Shown: positions 28,227 through 41,233 of the stretch, piece after piece
How positions within the stretch are numbered: position 1 is the first letter of the stretch
Layout: each line of letters starts with the position of its first letter
Source of the DNA: Podarcis muralis
Taxonomy: Eukaryota
DNA: 64,000 nucleotides
Assembly: GCF_964188315.1 (NCBI RefSeq)
Contig: NC_135657.1
Span: forward strand, 78,740,001 to 78,804,000
Reading direction: 5' to 3'
The notes under the pieces: generated by a model
Told to the model about the DNA's origin: nothing
Databases searched by the model: none
The model's input: only the letters and a program-made list of their open reading frames with translations
Position numbers and translations under genes: made by a program

Positions 28227-30365
28227 TGCCTCTATTTCTTTAACACCGTTTTTTATGAGCACAAAATAAGGAGAACAGAAATTGTCCAAAGCTTATATGA
28301 TATGTAAGGTAACTGATAAATGAGAGATCTTGCTATGTGCCCTTTCAGTCCCTGCTTCAGTGTGCAGAACTCCTTTTAAGATTTTATTTTTAATTTTTAA
28401 AGAAACATTTACCTAGTCTAGATTCTATTTCCCTGGACTTGGAACCCAATAGTAGGCAATCCTGTGCCCAAGTTAAGCTCCCTGCATCCATGCAAGCTGT
28501 CGTTAGTCCTGGCAGTGATGTAACTTCAGCTGCTGAAAGACCAATCAGCTTTCCTTATCAGAACTGTAATTGCCTTTTGCTCCATGTTCTTTCAGTTGGC
28601 CGAACCTAATGTCAGTTTAACATTGTGCTGGATAGAAGCTGTATGAGAGGTTTCCTCCTGTTTAATGTGGGGATAGAGGCAGAGCCATTCAGCCATGCCC
28701 TCCTTGGCTCTCGCATAATGCTTTTGTAGATATTGTAGTGCAAGCAAGGCTTGTACTGCATATCTACACCTGGAAAAGGGCAGAGCTGCTCAACAAGTAG
28801 CCTTTTGCTATTCGTTTTAACGTGACATGAATTGGATGAAGCTACAGGTTGTTTTACTTCATTTTGCTGTTTTCTTTGGCATTATTTTTCTGCCTGCTTT
28901 ATTGTCATACCAAGAATAACCAGTTCAAATCTGAGTCTACTGTTCTTGTATGTTCTTTGGGAAATTAGGGTCTTTTGTTGAGGGTGGGGGGTGCTGAGGG
29001 AGGCATTATAATGTGTGTGTTGAGTTTGAAATGCCATTTCAAATTCAGGTGGTCTAATTGTTTCAGATTAGAGAAGTACATTAGCAGGCTAGTATGGGAA
29101 ATTTTGTATAACATAGGGTAGTTGGAATCTCACATCCTTCCGAGTTTATGTTTTTTAAAATATAATTTATATTTAAAAGCCTAGCAATTTATTTCCATTT
29201 GGGGGCTCCATTTTGAAAGAGAAGTGCTAACCGATCTTAATTAACTTCTATCGAAATCCCAATCTATAGATCTGCAAGCACATTAAAGCTTTTGGAACTC
29301 AATTTTCTTGTCAAATAGATGATGGGCAAGAGGGAGAAGGAGTACCCAGATAGCCTTTCCTTTCCTTCACCAATGTACAGGCTGTGCATGCAGATTTGGC
29401 AGTGTGTTGGGATGGGGTGCATTTCAGTCTGGTCTGAATATGCAGCAGAATGAGGTACAAGTAAAGGGCTGGAATAGACTGTACTGCTTCATATGGGCAA
29501 TACCACTTTTGAATGCTCTCTCTGTTTTTTTAATTCCCAAAGGCAATGAAAATAGAAAGTCATATCAGGCAAATAGTTTGGCTACAATCTACTCCCTGTT
29601 GTACTTACCTTCTATTGGTAGGGAGTGTTTAACATAAGGGAACATTCAAAATGTGATTTATCTACAAACCGGAATTGGTACAGTTCACTCTATGAAAACA
29701 TTCTGCTGTATGTGTAAGATACAGCCTCTGATCCTGTACAGTGGTCTCTCAGCATTTGGAAAGTGGATGATTATCACATTGTCAGTCACTGGATTGTGAC
29801 TAATGCTTAGTAGAAAGCAGTCTAATAATATGTGATGGAAATTTAAAAAGTGGTAATTGGTTATATAAAGTCATTTTGTAATACTGTAATATAAGTTGTT
29901 AAGCACATGCTTTTCATGTGTAGTCAAAACATTTTTGTGAAACCCTTAAAACAGTAATATTTGTAGTCTAAGAATCTTGCTACATTATATATTTTCGAAC
30001 TGTCATTGTATTATGAGATTAATGTAGAAGACACCTTCTTCAAACATTTTAAAGTTCTGAGCCCCTGAAACTATTGAACTATTGAGTATAAAATAATTAT
30101 TGGCTTGTCTAACCCAAGTAACAGAAGGTATTCTGAAAATACTTTGTATTTTATAATATGTTACATTTGCATTGTGTAGTAATGTTTGGGAACCTATAAT
30201 TTGTGTTTAAGTGTATAGTACTAGCTGTGATGTCTGTTACATGGTACAAGCATTGTATTAAGTAACTGTGGTGGCAGTAAAACCACGTTTCACTTCATGA
30301 GCAATTATACAATTTTGTGTTGGAAATAGCATTATTGTTATTTCATAACTTAAGATATTATTTTC

Positions 30366-30371
30366 AATAAA
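30366..30371 (+). terminator. Likely SRSF12 polyadenylation signal
   Basis: AATAAA after a UGUA/U-rich stretch, followed by a GU/U-rich element; implies a ~2.1-kb 3'UTR. Confidence 0.6.
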
Positions 30372-31903
30372 ACACATAAAGTTCCTTGTCATTCCCTTTT
30401 ACAAACAAACAAACACTTCATAACAACTGTGCACACCAGCATAGCAGAGTGTTTCGCATAGGGGAAGAGTGACTTGCCCAAAGCAACAAAATTTATCTAG
30501 GATTGGGTACTTAATTTTGTTCCACACTGCAGGAACTTGCTTCCACACTGCTGCTGCTCACAGTGCCAGGTTAGATGAGAAGTTCAGAACCATACAGGAG
30601 GGCTCATCTGGCAATAATGCCCCCTGTGACATTAGCACAATGTTTGAGGGTTGAGGCTATTGTGAGGAAGAGTTGCAGCATGGACTTCTCCTCCTGTATG
30701 ATCCCAGGCATGTCACACCACTGAGAAGACACGAGATCCCAGTTTTATTGTAGATCTGCACATAGGGAATAAGATAGTAAGATGCTGGGCTACTGCTGCA
30801 GTTCAGACTGTAGAGTGGATTTATTTATTTGCTTTCCCCCATTTTTTGTAAAATACACACATTCATCCTTGCATGCAGTGGTCAGAACGCACAGAAGAAA
30901 GATTAAGTGTAGCTTTCTCTGTTTTCAGTTTACTACATATGTAGATCTTTTATTGTTTGGAGCATTAAAAAAAGAATCTGCAAGAAACAAGAGGGAATAG
31001 CAACATAGTCTGGGAAATGCTAAGATTTGTGGATGTATTAAATAAGATTTGGGTGGAGACTAAGGGAGGACCCCTCAAAAAAACACAGAGTGAGGACTGA
31101 GCACAGTTAGTGACCACAGAATGTGTGAGAGGTGTTGGATCAATCCATCAACCTCTGATGGATGATTTAGAAGGATTGGGTCCAGCATCACTTTTGCTGT
31201 GTGTGTATCCATACTTGGCCGTTACATCTCAATGCAACTCCTTCCTTGGAAGCATCTTCAGGTTTGAAGGTACACAAGTAGGCAATAAGCGCTCATGGAT
31301 GTCATAAAGATTCAGTCAAGTGCAGAGGTTTACTTGACAGGCATGCTTAGAGTTCAACAAGAACTTGACAAGGTTTACTTGACAAGGCATGCTTAGAGTT
31401 CAACAAGAGTCCAAGACTCACTCACTGCTCTCACCACCAGGCTCAAGCAAGAGACTGAACAAGTTACAAGAAGTTTCACTGAACCATTGTTATCATTTCT
31501 TCCTGTGCGTGTCCTTACATAGACAAAACAATCTCAGCCTTCTGCTGCTGCTCGAAACTTTTCTGTTTCTGGAACAAATTATTCTCTCACACAGAATATC
31601 CAACAAGGGGAAGAATGGAAAACTAGGAGAGAAGGAATGGAAGGAAGAATACATTGCTAACTGGCAAGAGCCAGAACAGGAGCACTCTACCCAGCAACCT
31701 TCTGTTGCAGGTACAGCTTGTTCTGTAAAGTTTGTAGATAAGTTATTAATTAGCAAAAACTAGTTCTTAGAGTCTTGGCAGAAAGTTAAGCTCACTTAAG
31801 TATACAGTAGCAAAATGGTAAGTTCAGTGTTAAGAACTTTTTGAAAGAGATTGAACAGCAAATACCTGTTCAGCACCGAAATGACCTCCCCAGGGTGTAT
31901 ATA

Positions 31904-33005
31904 CCGTACTTTTCTCTTTATAACATGCAGATTTTTTCTCCCAAAAAGTAAGGGGAAATGTCTGTGCGTGTTATTGAGCGAATGTGTGGTCCCTGGAGCC
32001 GACTGGACGGAGCGCAGGGGCAAAAATCTGGCAAAAATCCAATCGAGCGAGTCAGGGAGGAGGGAGCTCCGTGAGAGAGGAAACTTGCTTTCCTGCATTC
32101 TGCCTCAGGGTCTTACTGCCCACCCTGTTCTGTTTCGGTTCCTGTTTGCTCAAACGGAACAAAGAGCAGGCAAATCCCCTCTCCTCCAGGCAAGCAGAGG
32201 GGACAGGAAAGGATCACGTCCTTCCTTCTAATTCCTCTCCGTGCTCCGGTGCTGCTGTGTCCAGGGAAGCATTTTAGGGACTCGCAGGCAGCCGGAAAAC
32301 ATGCAGGTGGGAGAGAGAGAGAGAGAGAGGGCTGGCTTGGGTGTGTGTGTGGGGGGGGACTTTTGCCTTCCTTTCCTCCCTCCCGTTAAACCTCTCTCCT
32401 GCATTCTTAGCCAGCTGCTTCTCTGCACACCCCTCGTGCTCCTTGTCCCTTCTGTGTTTTTCCTTCCCTCCCCACTTAAAACGTGGTTACAAAGCATGGA
32501 TCCACATGGATCCTCAGGATCTTTGCATTGGGTCACCCCAAATTCACCATCAGATTACATAGCATGTCCATGGCTACAGCCTGCACCAAAAAAATCACGC
32601 ACCCACTGTTGCCTGGGGCTGCAGTGGTGCAAAAACGTGGTTACAAAGCATGGATCCACATGGATCCTCAGGATCTTTGCATTGGGTCACCCCAAATTCA
32701 CCATCAGATCACATAGCATGTCCCTGGCTACAGGCTGCCCCTCAAAAATCACGCACCCACTGTTGCCTGAGGCTGCAATGGTGCAAAAACGTGGTTACAA
32801 AGCATGGATCCACATGGATCCTCAGGATCTTTGCACTGGGTCACCCCAAACTTACCATCAGATCACATGTCTGTGGCCACAGCATGAGGCACAAAAATGA
32901 TACATCCACTGTTTCATTCAGAATTTCCCCCCCCCCCTTGTTTTCCTCCTCTAAAAACGATTTGCGTGTTATGGTCAGGTGCGTGTTATAGAGCGAAAAA
33001 TACGG
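31904..33005. mobile_element. Non-autonomous pogo/Tigger-like element, 1102 bp
   Basis: TA-flanked; TIRs CCGTACTTTTCTCTTTATAACATGCA / TGCGTGTTATAGAGCGAAAAATACGG. Confidence 0.85.
32478..32870. repeat. 154-bp tandem repeat, ~2.6 copies, inside the pogo-like element
   Basis: aaaacgtggttacaaagcatggatccacatggatcc recurs at 32478, 32632 and 32786. Confidence 0.95.
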
Positions 33006-33022
33006 TAATCTTAGTGCCATTA

Positions 33023-33265
33023 CAGTGGTACCTCGGAAGTCGAACGGAATCCGTTCCAGAAGTCCATTCAACTTCCAAAACGTTCGGAAACCAAGGTGCG
33101 GCTTCCAATTGGTTTCAGGAAGGCCCTGCAGCCAATCAGAAGCTGCGGAAGCCCTGTCAGTTCAGGTTCCAAAGGGTGTTCGCACACTGGAACACTCCTG
33201 GGTTTGCGGTATTTGGGAGCCAAAACGGACAAGTACCAAGGCATTTGAGATCCAAAGTACGACTA
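33023..33265. mobile_element. Tigger-like MITE
   Basis: TA-flanked; left TIR CAGTGGTACCTCGGA, decayed right TIR TCCAAAGTACGACTA. Confidence 0.75.
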
Positions 33266-34933
33266 TATACATCCATTACATGCTGACATTTGGAATATTG
33301 TGCAGTTCTGGCTTTCCTACCTCACTCAAAAGAGCCATCCTAAACCTGGAAAAGAAATAAAGCAAGACGTAAATGTCTATAACTTACTGAATTACATAAC
33401 AGAAGATGTATTACAAATGAACATGTCAAGCTTCCTTAAACTAGGGAGCCCATTGGACAATCTAGTTCAGTCTGTATGTCACCAAGTTTCCAAGGTCTTG
33501 GAGGACGTCTTTCATAAGTCTGTTCCCCAAGATTATTCAGCCTAGAGATGTACGGTAACCTGGAAGCTTTTGCACGCAAAATACTTTTTCTACCACTGAG
33601 CCATGAATGCTATGCCACTACTGATGGATACTAGCTCAGAAAGCTTTAAAGAGATAAATTAATGGAGGACTGTGCTATCGATACCTATGGCAGCTGAACA
33701 GAATCTTGCGCATATTCCTCTGAGAAGATACCTGTTGCTTTCATACCCTTTTTGTGAATTTCAAGGGATAGCTGTGTGTTGCTTTTGGAAAAGGGTGGTC
33801 CCTTGTAGAAGTCTCGTGCTGCATCTCATTTCTTGATGGGAGGTATGCCCGTAAGTGCCCTCTGCCATCCCTTCCCATTACTTACCGCAAGAGCTGCCAA
33901 CTGAAGTACATCTCAGCTAGTTTTACAAGCCTATGGATGGCTTATAAACTCTCACAAATGACTTATGTTGTACAGAAGAAAGTGGAAATGTTCTGAATGT
34001 TCTTAATAAGATCTTATGTTGTATGGCAGAATTTGGAAATTTTTGATATTGGAAATTTATGAATGTTCTTCATAAGATGTTTTCCCCATTGGCTCTTACA
34101 TGCTACATAATTTCATAGCTTTCAGCGCAAGCATAAATGACTTCATACCTTTCCCTCTTGTTTTTGTATCCAGTTTGAACTGTAAGTACCATTCTTTTTC
34201 TCAGTTTTTTCTCTTATGCTGGCCACCTTCAGGCATTTTTTCTTCTCCATTTACCAATTCTGCATAGAAGATACCAGGAAGGTGGTCCGGTATATAAGTG
34301 AACTTGTAAGTGAACTTTCTGTCCGGCATTTTTATTTACATTAATCTCTGGGACTTTGAATAAGAGCAATACATTTTTTAAAATAAAAAATATGGGATAT
34401 ATGTTATGATTTTTTCAAACAAAAATAATTTACCATCATGGTTTTTCAGTTTAGATATATGTCAAAGCTGCTTATAAAATCTGTTGAGAGCTAATGTAGC
34501 TTTGCATTGAGCAGTCCAACACCTTCCACTTTAATTTCCTGAGAATGCCGCTGAGTCATACACTGGCCCAGTCTACACCCCCCCCCCAAAGGGATTCTGG
34601 CATCAGATCCAGGGGGCACTCTGGTCTATCATTTACTTCTCTATGGATTGGATCCAGAGACACACTTGTGGAAGAAATTATTGCACTAATGCCATTCCAT
34701 TAACAGTGGTAAATGAGCTAGTCTAGTGGAAGTCTGACTTTCCACAGGAGATTGTGCAAGACTGTGTGTAAATGAAAGAATAGCTATCTCTAGATTTCAG
34801 ATCTCTTGCATAAGGATCTTGAGCTAAGTCAGAAAGAAATCCTGCTTGCAGAAGTCAGGACGCCTATGGATCTAGTTTTCTATGCCAGTCCTAAAATCCT
34901 AATTACAATGGTTCTGGTATATGTTTGTGTTAA

Positions 34934-35293
34934 GGGACGCGGGTGGCGCTGTGGTCTAAACCACAGAGCCTAGGGCTTGCTGATCAGAAGGTCGGCGGTT
35001 CGAATCCCCGCGGCGGGGTGCGCTCCCGTCGCTCTGTCCCAGCGCCTGCCAACCTAGCAGTTCGAAAGCACCCCCGGGTGCAAGTAGATAAATAGGGACC
35101 GCTTACTAGCAGGAAGGTAAACGGCGTTCCGTGTGCTGCGCTGGCTCACCAGATGCAGCTTGTCACGCTGGCCACGTGACCCGGAGGTGTCTGCGGACAG
35201 CGCTGGCTCCCGGCCTATAGAGTGAGATGAGCGCACAACCCTAGAGTCTGGCAAGACTGGCCCGTACGGGCAGGGGTACCTTTACCTTTTACC
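34934..35293 (+). mobile_element. Full-length Sauria SINE (CpG-rich, young)
   Basis: GGGACGCGGGTGGCGCTGTGG head, box B GGTTCGAATCC, (ACCTTT)n tail. Confidence 0.93.
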
Positions 35294-35490
35294 AGCAGGA
35301 AGGTAAACGGTGTTTCCGTGCGCTGCTCTGGTTTCGCCAGAAGTGGCTTAGTCATGTTGGCCACATGACCCGTAAAAACTGTCTGTGGACAAACACCAGC
35401 TCCCTCAGCCAGTAAAGTGAGAAGAGTGCCGCAACCCCAGAGTCATTCGGAACTGGACTTAACTGTCAGGGATCCTTTACCTTTTTTTTT
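35294..35490 (+). mobile_element. 3' half of a second Sauria SINE of another subfamily
   Basis: agcaggaaggtaaacgg..gccagaagtggcttagtcatg..cctttacctttt. Confidence 0.85.
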
Positions 35491-38445
35491 AGGATGAAGA
35501 TACACTCAACAAAGTAGAATTTACCTCTGTAAAAACATGCATAATATGCAGCAAACTATCTTACCTTTTCTTCAGTGACCAAAACACACTTTTGAGTAAA
35601 CATGGTATATACCCTGTTAAGACAAAGAAGAGACAATTTTTCACCTTAAAAAATTGCAACCTAAAAATTATGTACTGACGCATATGGTTCAGTGTCTGCT
35701 CTGATAACTTGTCATGCCCTATGCGACTAATTCATGCAAGTCAAATCACTTTGCAGAAGCATGGATTGAAATTGATTGTTACGATATGCAGTTTAACTGG
35801 GACATAGAACAGAATGCTAATCTTATCATTTGCAGTTGTTCTTGTTTAAAGATTGTTCTGAGACTTGGAATTTTGCCTGCATAATTGTTTTGAATAAAGC
35901 TGAATTTAAAAGAGATTGTTGCTGAACCCTATTTATTAAAGCTAAGAGTTGTCTGCCAAAACAAAGTCTTTTGATCTGAAGCTTATTGTAGTACAGTATA
36001 GCTGGCAAAGGCAACAAAAATCCACTAGAGGGTGCTCCAAACTTTTTGTACATCTCAGCAGGAGACTTACTATGAACATGTCTCCCTCTTATTTACATTC
36101 CTTTTTGTTTTGAAGACACGCTAGGAACGGCAAACAAGCAGAGAAGGGCATACAGTTAGAAATGCATTGGAATATTTGCTGTATGCCAACTGGAAAAATA
36201 ACAATGTGGAGATGGGATACAGTAGACAAGAAGCCTAGGAGGCAATAAGCTGCTCCTGAAATGGCAGCAGTTCCTCTTGGGAGATCTTTCTTCCCGTGCA
36301 AATTCAGCTCTATAAAATGATTTGTCTCCACACTGCTGCAAGCTGCTGCTGTAGACACTGGAATGTCTGGATTTAACATCTTTTGTTGTTTTTACGAAGA
36401 ATTCAAAAGTAGTCAGCCAGCAGCATTCCAGTGCTCTTTTTTTAGACCCAGTTTCTGGCAATGCATGTTTGTGTGTGTGTTTTTCTTATGTATCCACAGT
36501 ACTAGCCCAATGTAGATTGACAAGAACTACTGTAGTGTTGTTGTTGTTTTTAAGCACGGGGTAGGGTGGGGGTTGGGCAAAAAGGAAGCTACTAAATAAG
36601 GAACAATTGAAGGCTGAAGTAAAACATGTTTTGTAAAGAAACATGAGCTCTCGCCTAAGGGACGGGCATTGTTAGGTTTTTGATGTGGGGAATGAAGCTG
36701 TATATTTAAGTGCCTTGTGGGAATACCATTGTGGAAAAGCAGTGCCTCGGTAGTGCTAAGGGACTGTAACATGGAAGCACCCAATGTTTAGTAGAAGGGG
36801 CTGTGGTAAACTGTAATTTCTTATTTTGTACGAAGATCAGTGGGGAGAACCCCACCATTAGAGAGCTCTGGAATCTGGTTGGAGACTCTAAAGATAACCC
36901 AGCCTAAAAGCCAGGAGATTGGGGATTTGTACTGAGAAGACAACCATCTGACCATAAAAAGCACTGTCCCTACAACATTCCCAATTAGAACTGTATCTGA
37001 ACTTGATGAAAAACATTGTTTACAGTATGTGCTACATGCGTTCGTCATGTGTTTTTCATAAGCCCTTAGATATCATAGAAGAGACAGGCCAAAAGAACCA
37101 GCCTTTTGGTGTGTACATTAACATTCCCCAAAACAGCAGATTTTGGCAACCTTCAAGATTTATCTTGAGCAGACAGCTGGTTGTGTAGTATGGTATTAAT
37201 GTTGCTGTCTATCATGGGTTCCATTTCAGTACTGGATACTACTTTGGACAACTTAAGATACTGGAAGACGTGTGAGCTGTTTTTCTCTCAACAGTCGTTT
37301 CACTGTGATTTCACTTGTTTCCTTAGCTTAGGCATTCCTTGGAACTATAATTAACTAATACAACACAGTATTAAGTAAATGTAAATACTATATTGGTTGG
37401 TCTCCCAATACAAATGTACAGGGCTGTATCATATGGGGATATGATCTCAGCTTTATCTCAGCTGATAAAGGCTTCCATCAGCAGAACTGTAATAAAAAGA
37501 CCCGACTGCTGTATCCACAGGTGAGAACATAGTTTTCACCTGAAGACCTGGAAGACAGTGATTTTACAGATGAACCAAGGTACAAACTAAATAAATACAA
37601 GGTGGCACTGTTTCTAGTGTTATATATTATAGCTATGCTCTTACTGTGAAGGGAAACTTTGAACTGTGATACATTATTGCTGAAGGTCAGAATGCCACAG
37701 GGTAAAGTGAAGTATGCTTTGCTACGATTGAAATATGCCACAAAAGCTTTATTTGGGGCATTTAATAAATTAAATGAATCAACTTTTGAAAATATTCGAA
37801 TTGTCTTTTGTACAAGGACCAAAGATGGCTTAATTTCAAATGTTTCCTTTCTGGTGATAGTATTTCATCTGGAATAGGGCTTATGTCATGCCCCCCAAAA
37901 TGGGCTAATCCCGAGTCACAATAAGTAATGCCCCATTCTTTGCATATATTTAACGAAAGCCACTGTTCTACCTCCATTCTTGGGTACTGCAGTCCACTTC
38001 CTACTGAAATCAGTGGGCAGATCTGTTTGCTTCAGGGTCGCGAGTAGCATTTTGTGTTTTGCTTCTTTATAGTTTTTTAATGTACTTGTATACACCTAGC
38101 AATATGGAATCTCAGCAATGAATAGTTCATAGTAGTCTGCAGAAGACTTCTTAAAACTGTTATGAAATTTTAGAGTTGCCTACCTATGTTTCCTATAACT
38201 GAAAATAATTACCACATATTTTCCAAGGCAAATGCAAGTATCACTGGGAAGGATTGTGGAGAACTTTGTGTTGGTGCTTAAGTAATTGCAAGACCAGGGT
38301 GTAAGGAAGATCTTAAGCTAGAATAAAAAAAAAAGGATGTCCTACCACTAACAAAGCACAGCAACATTTAGTACGTGCTGCAGCATTACTGTTTAGACAG
38401 AGCAACTCAAAAGAATGACAACCAAGTAAGGGGAGGCCAAATTGT

Positions 38446-38451
38446 TTTATT
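38446..38451 (-). terminator. Candidate PNRC1 polyadenylation signal
   Basis: Minus-strand AATAAA ~580 nt after the stop, followed by U/GU-rich sequence. Confidence 0.5.
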
Positions 38452-39031
38452 TAAGTTCTTTTTTAAAAATAGCCAATTATTTCTGGCAGTTTGCTCTGCT
38501 ATTCTCTATTAAGAGAATCAACAGAGCTAAGTTTCTGGGCTAATTAATCTAATCAAAAAATTTATATTTCCAATGAGAAATTGAACTCCATATACTGTTT
38601 CAAGCTCATGATTTATGAGCGCTTCTTATCCAATGAAGCATTGTGCCAAATTGTAAAACTTTTCAGTAGTGCATTAGCAATGTTTTCACATTTCCATCTG
38701 AACATTGAGATGAGTTCTTCTTCTTTCAGAATCTCAGCACCTTGTGCAAACGTTGTCAGGTCTTTCCATGTGTCAAGCACACATTAGAAGGTGTCCGTTA
38801 TTATATACAAAAACCACTTACCACGTGGGCAGTGTAAAATTCATCCTTTCATAACAAAACTAAAATGTACTTCAAAATATGAATATACACATTACATGAT
38901 ATACACTATTTACACAACCATAAAAAATAGAGTAAAAGTTTGCGAATTTAAGATTTGACAGTCTTTCGCACTTCATGTTGCAACAAGGCAGGTTTCAAAT
39001 TCCTGGTATGCTCTCTGTAAATACCCATAAG

Positions 39032-39466
39032 CTACGCTTGAACTTTTAAGAGAGTTTTTAGATGGACTGCCATCATCTTCCTGTTTTGGTCAGAATATTC
39101 AACAGGGCTTCCTACCCAATGACTGGGAGGCTTTGGAAGGACACTGGGTGAAGGAGGGTCACTAAACTTTGCCCCAGCATAGTTTTCTTTTTGGTTAGCT
39201 TCAGTCAGAAAAACAGGTTTCTTTGATTTCACATTTTCTGCATTTTTCAGAGGCTTTTTCTCTTGCTTTTTAATGAGTTCAGGTGACACGGATTGTTGCC
39301 AAAAGTTATTTTCACTTTTTTTTGAAGGTGGAATCTTGTTTAGTGGTATATTACATTTGTTCCTTGGTCTGTTAATCTTTGATTGGTCACAAAGGTGTAT
39401 ACTGTGAATAGGTTGACTGTAAGGAATGGTAACCTTCTCGGACTTTCCCATCCTGTTTCTGAACAA
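39032..39466 (-). CDS. PNRC1: PNRC1 exon 2 coding part
   Basis: [11 protein letters not shown]...[24 protein letters not shown]...[10 protein letters not shown] (SDPPSPS and LxxLL motifs of the PNRC family); gcag acceptor; 435 nt. Confidence 0.96.
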   Translation of the reverse strand: MFRNRMGKSEKVTIPYSQPIHSIHLCDQSKINRPRNKCNIPLNKIPPSKKSENNFWQQSVSPELIKKQEKKPLKNAENVKSKKPVFLTEANQKENYAGAKFSDPPSPSVLPKPPSHWVGSPVEYSDQNRKMMAVHLKTLLKVQA

Positions 39467-40807
39467 CTGCAAAGATAAAAGATAATTTCATAAATATATT
39501 TAACTACATTCACAGTTATTGTTTCAAAGTTAGTTGTCCTTCACATTCACTCTTTGTGTTAAATGATTCTGTGATGTCGAAATACCAGACGTAGAAACAT
39601 GCACAGATGCAACAAACATGCAATTCTTCCAGATGCCCCGTTTACTTAGCATTCATTCTGATCTGTCTGCTGAGAGATTACGATGAGCACTGTTCCGAAA
39701 TCATATTGAGTTGCTAGTGCAGTGGTTATACATCTTCCCATTAATCATGTACACTTTTCAGTGCATTTCCCTACTGCTATATCCCAAACACAAAAATCAG
39801 CTTGTGGATGTGTTGCACCAGTGTGACAGATCTAATTAACCGGTTTAATTGTGCAAACCTAAATTTCTGGTATGTGCTCAAATCCCTTCCACAAACTACG
39901 GATAATCTGGAGGCAATCTAACTAGGGAGTGATTCCAATTGAAGGCACCAGGAGTTAAGTATGCACAGGATTGTACTATTTTATATGGGGCTGTATAATT
40001 CAAATTTCAGTAAGCAACAGACAATCAGCAGAATTTTTATTTTTATTTTTTAAGTTTTGAGCTCCGTTAATATGGAGCAATGCTGCTTAAATTCAAAGGG
40101 ATTTGGGGGAGTTTGCTCCAGAAAAAGCGACTCTTTGATCCCATAACTATACTTCAAAGTTCTCCCACAAAATGAAAAACTATCCCGATTAGGTAACTTC
40201 TATAAATCTAAAGAAGACGGGAAGATTTTTTTTTAAACCCTCTCAATCTTGGTTATGCAGGAAGAACTACCAGTCAACTTGACGTCAACACTGGCTCCTC
40301 GCCCAGTACGGCTGCGCACAAAGCGTAGGCCTTCCAGGCGAATGCGGCTCCTGCTCCTCCCCGGCCTCCCCCCAACTCAGTTCACTGAGAAGGCGAGTCT
40401 TAAGAGAGCCCGCATCCTCTTCCACGATACAAACCCCGCCCCGCCCCAGCCCCTTCGCCTTCGTCCATTGGGCACGGCGTCGTCGTCACGTCTCTCCCCC
40501 CCCCCCCGCGTCAATAGCCACGGACAACGGGCTAAATCGGGCTGTTGCTGGGGCGCAGCCGCCAATCCTATTGGTGGATTCCTTCAACCTATCAGCCCCG
40601 GAGGAATCTCACTTCGCCCTCTCCCACTAAAGACAACAGACGTAACGGAAACTTCCTCACACTCCCCCCCCCCCCCGCGACCGTCAAATGGAAACTGCGC
40701 AGGCGCGTCCCTCTCGAGCTGAGAGAAGCGGCTGGCTTCTTTTTTTCGCCTACCAGCAATAGCCCCCATCGCCCCGCCCCCCACCAGCCGCGCTTAATAT
40801 TATTTAC

Positions 40808-41233
40808 CTCTTTCCTGAGGGGTTTACTGATACTGACGGGGGCTGTTCTCGGCGAAGGTGCCGGCGGTTCTGCGCTCGGAACCGTTTCTAGCCCTGGCTC
40901 TGAGGAGGGGACGGGGACTTCGTAGGGGTTACACGTCCCCTGCGCGGTGTTCCTTCGCGTCAAGCCGGCACGGTGTTGCTGGTAGTGCTGGTAGCGGCTC
41001 TGCAGGAGGCCGGAGGGAGCGGACCGTATCTTGGCTCTTCGCCGCCGCACTCTCTTCAGCGCTGGCCGCGCGCTGCCTCCTGGTCCCACCGGGCAGCAGT
41101 TGGGCTGGTGGCTTTCCCCGCTGCAGTCTGCCCGCATGAGGCGCTGGAACAGGGATGGAGGGAACCGCCGGGGGTCCTCGGTGCCGGCCGAGATCCGGGC
41201 TAGAAACGGTGGAGGCGCCGTAGTCGTCACCAT
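40808..41233 (-). CDS. PNRC1: PNRC1 exon 1 coding part
   Basis: accATGG; MVTTTAPPP..basic NLS KRVRRRRAK..SRYQHYQQHR..KPLRKE; donor GAG|GTAAAT; 426 nt; total 286 aa. Confidence 0.9.

Noticed and set aside
31300-31850. Possible LTR with a 37-bp internal duplication (31326-31362 / 31371-31408)
   Set aside because: It starts TGTCA but I found no matching terminus or TSD; left unclassified
31870-31890. REST/RE1 site TTCAGCACC (also at 61202)
   Set aside because: Only the left half-site is present; GGACAG is missing at the canonical spacing
32241-32991. Repetitive peptides (KRGYKAWIHMDPQDLC...)
   Set aside because: Translation artefact of the 154-bp tandem repeat in a non-autonomous transposon
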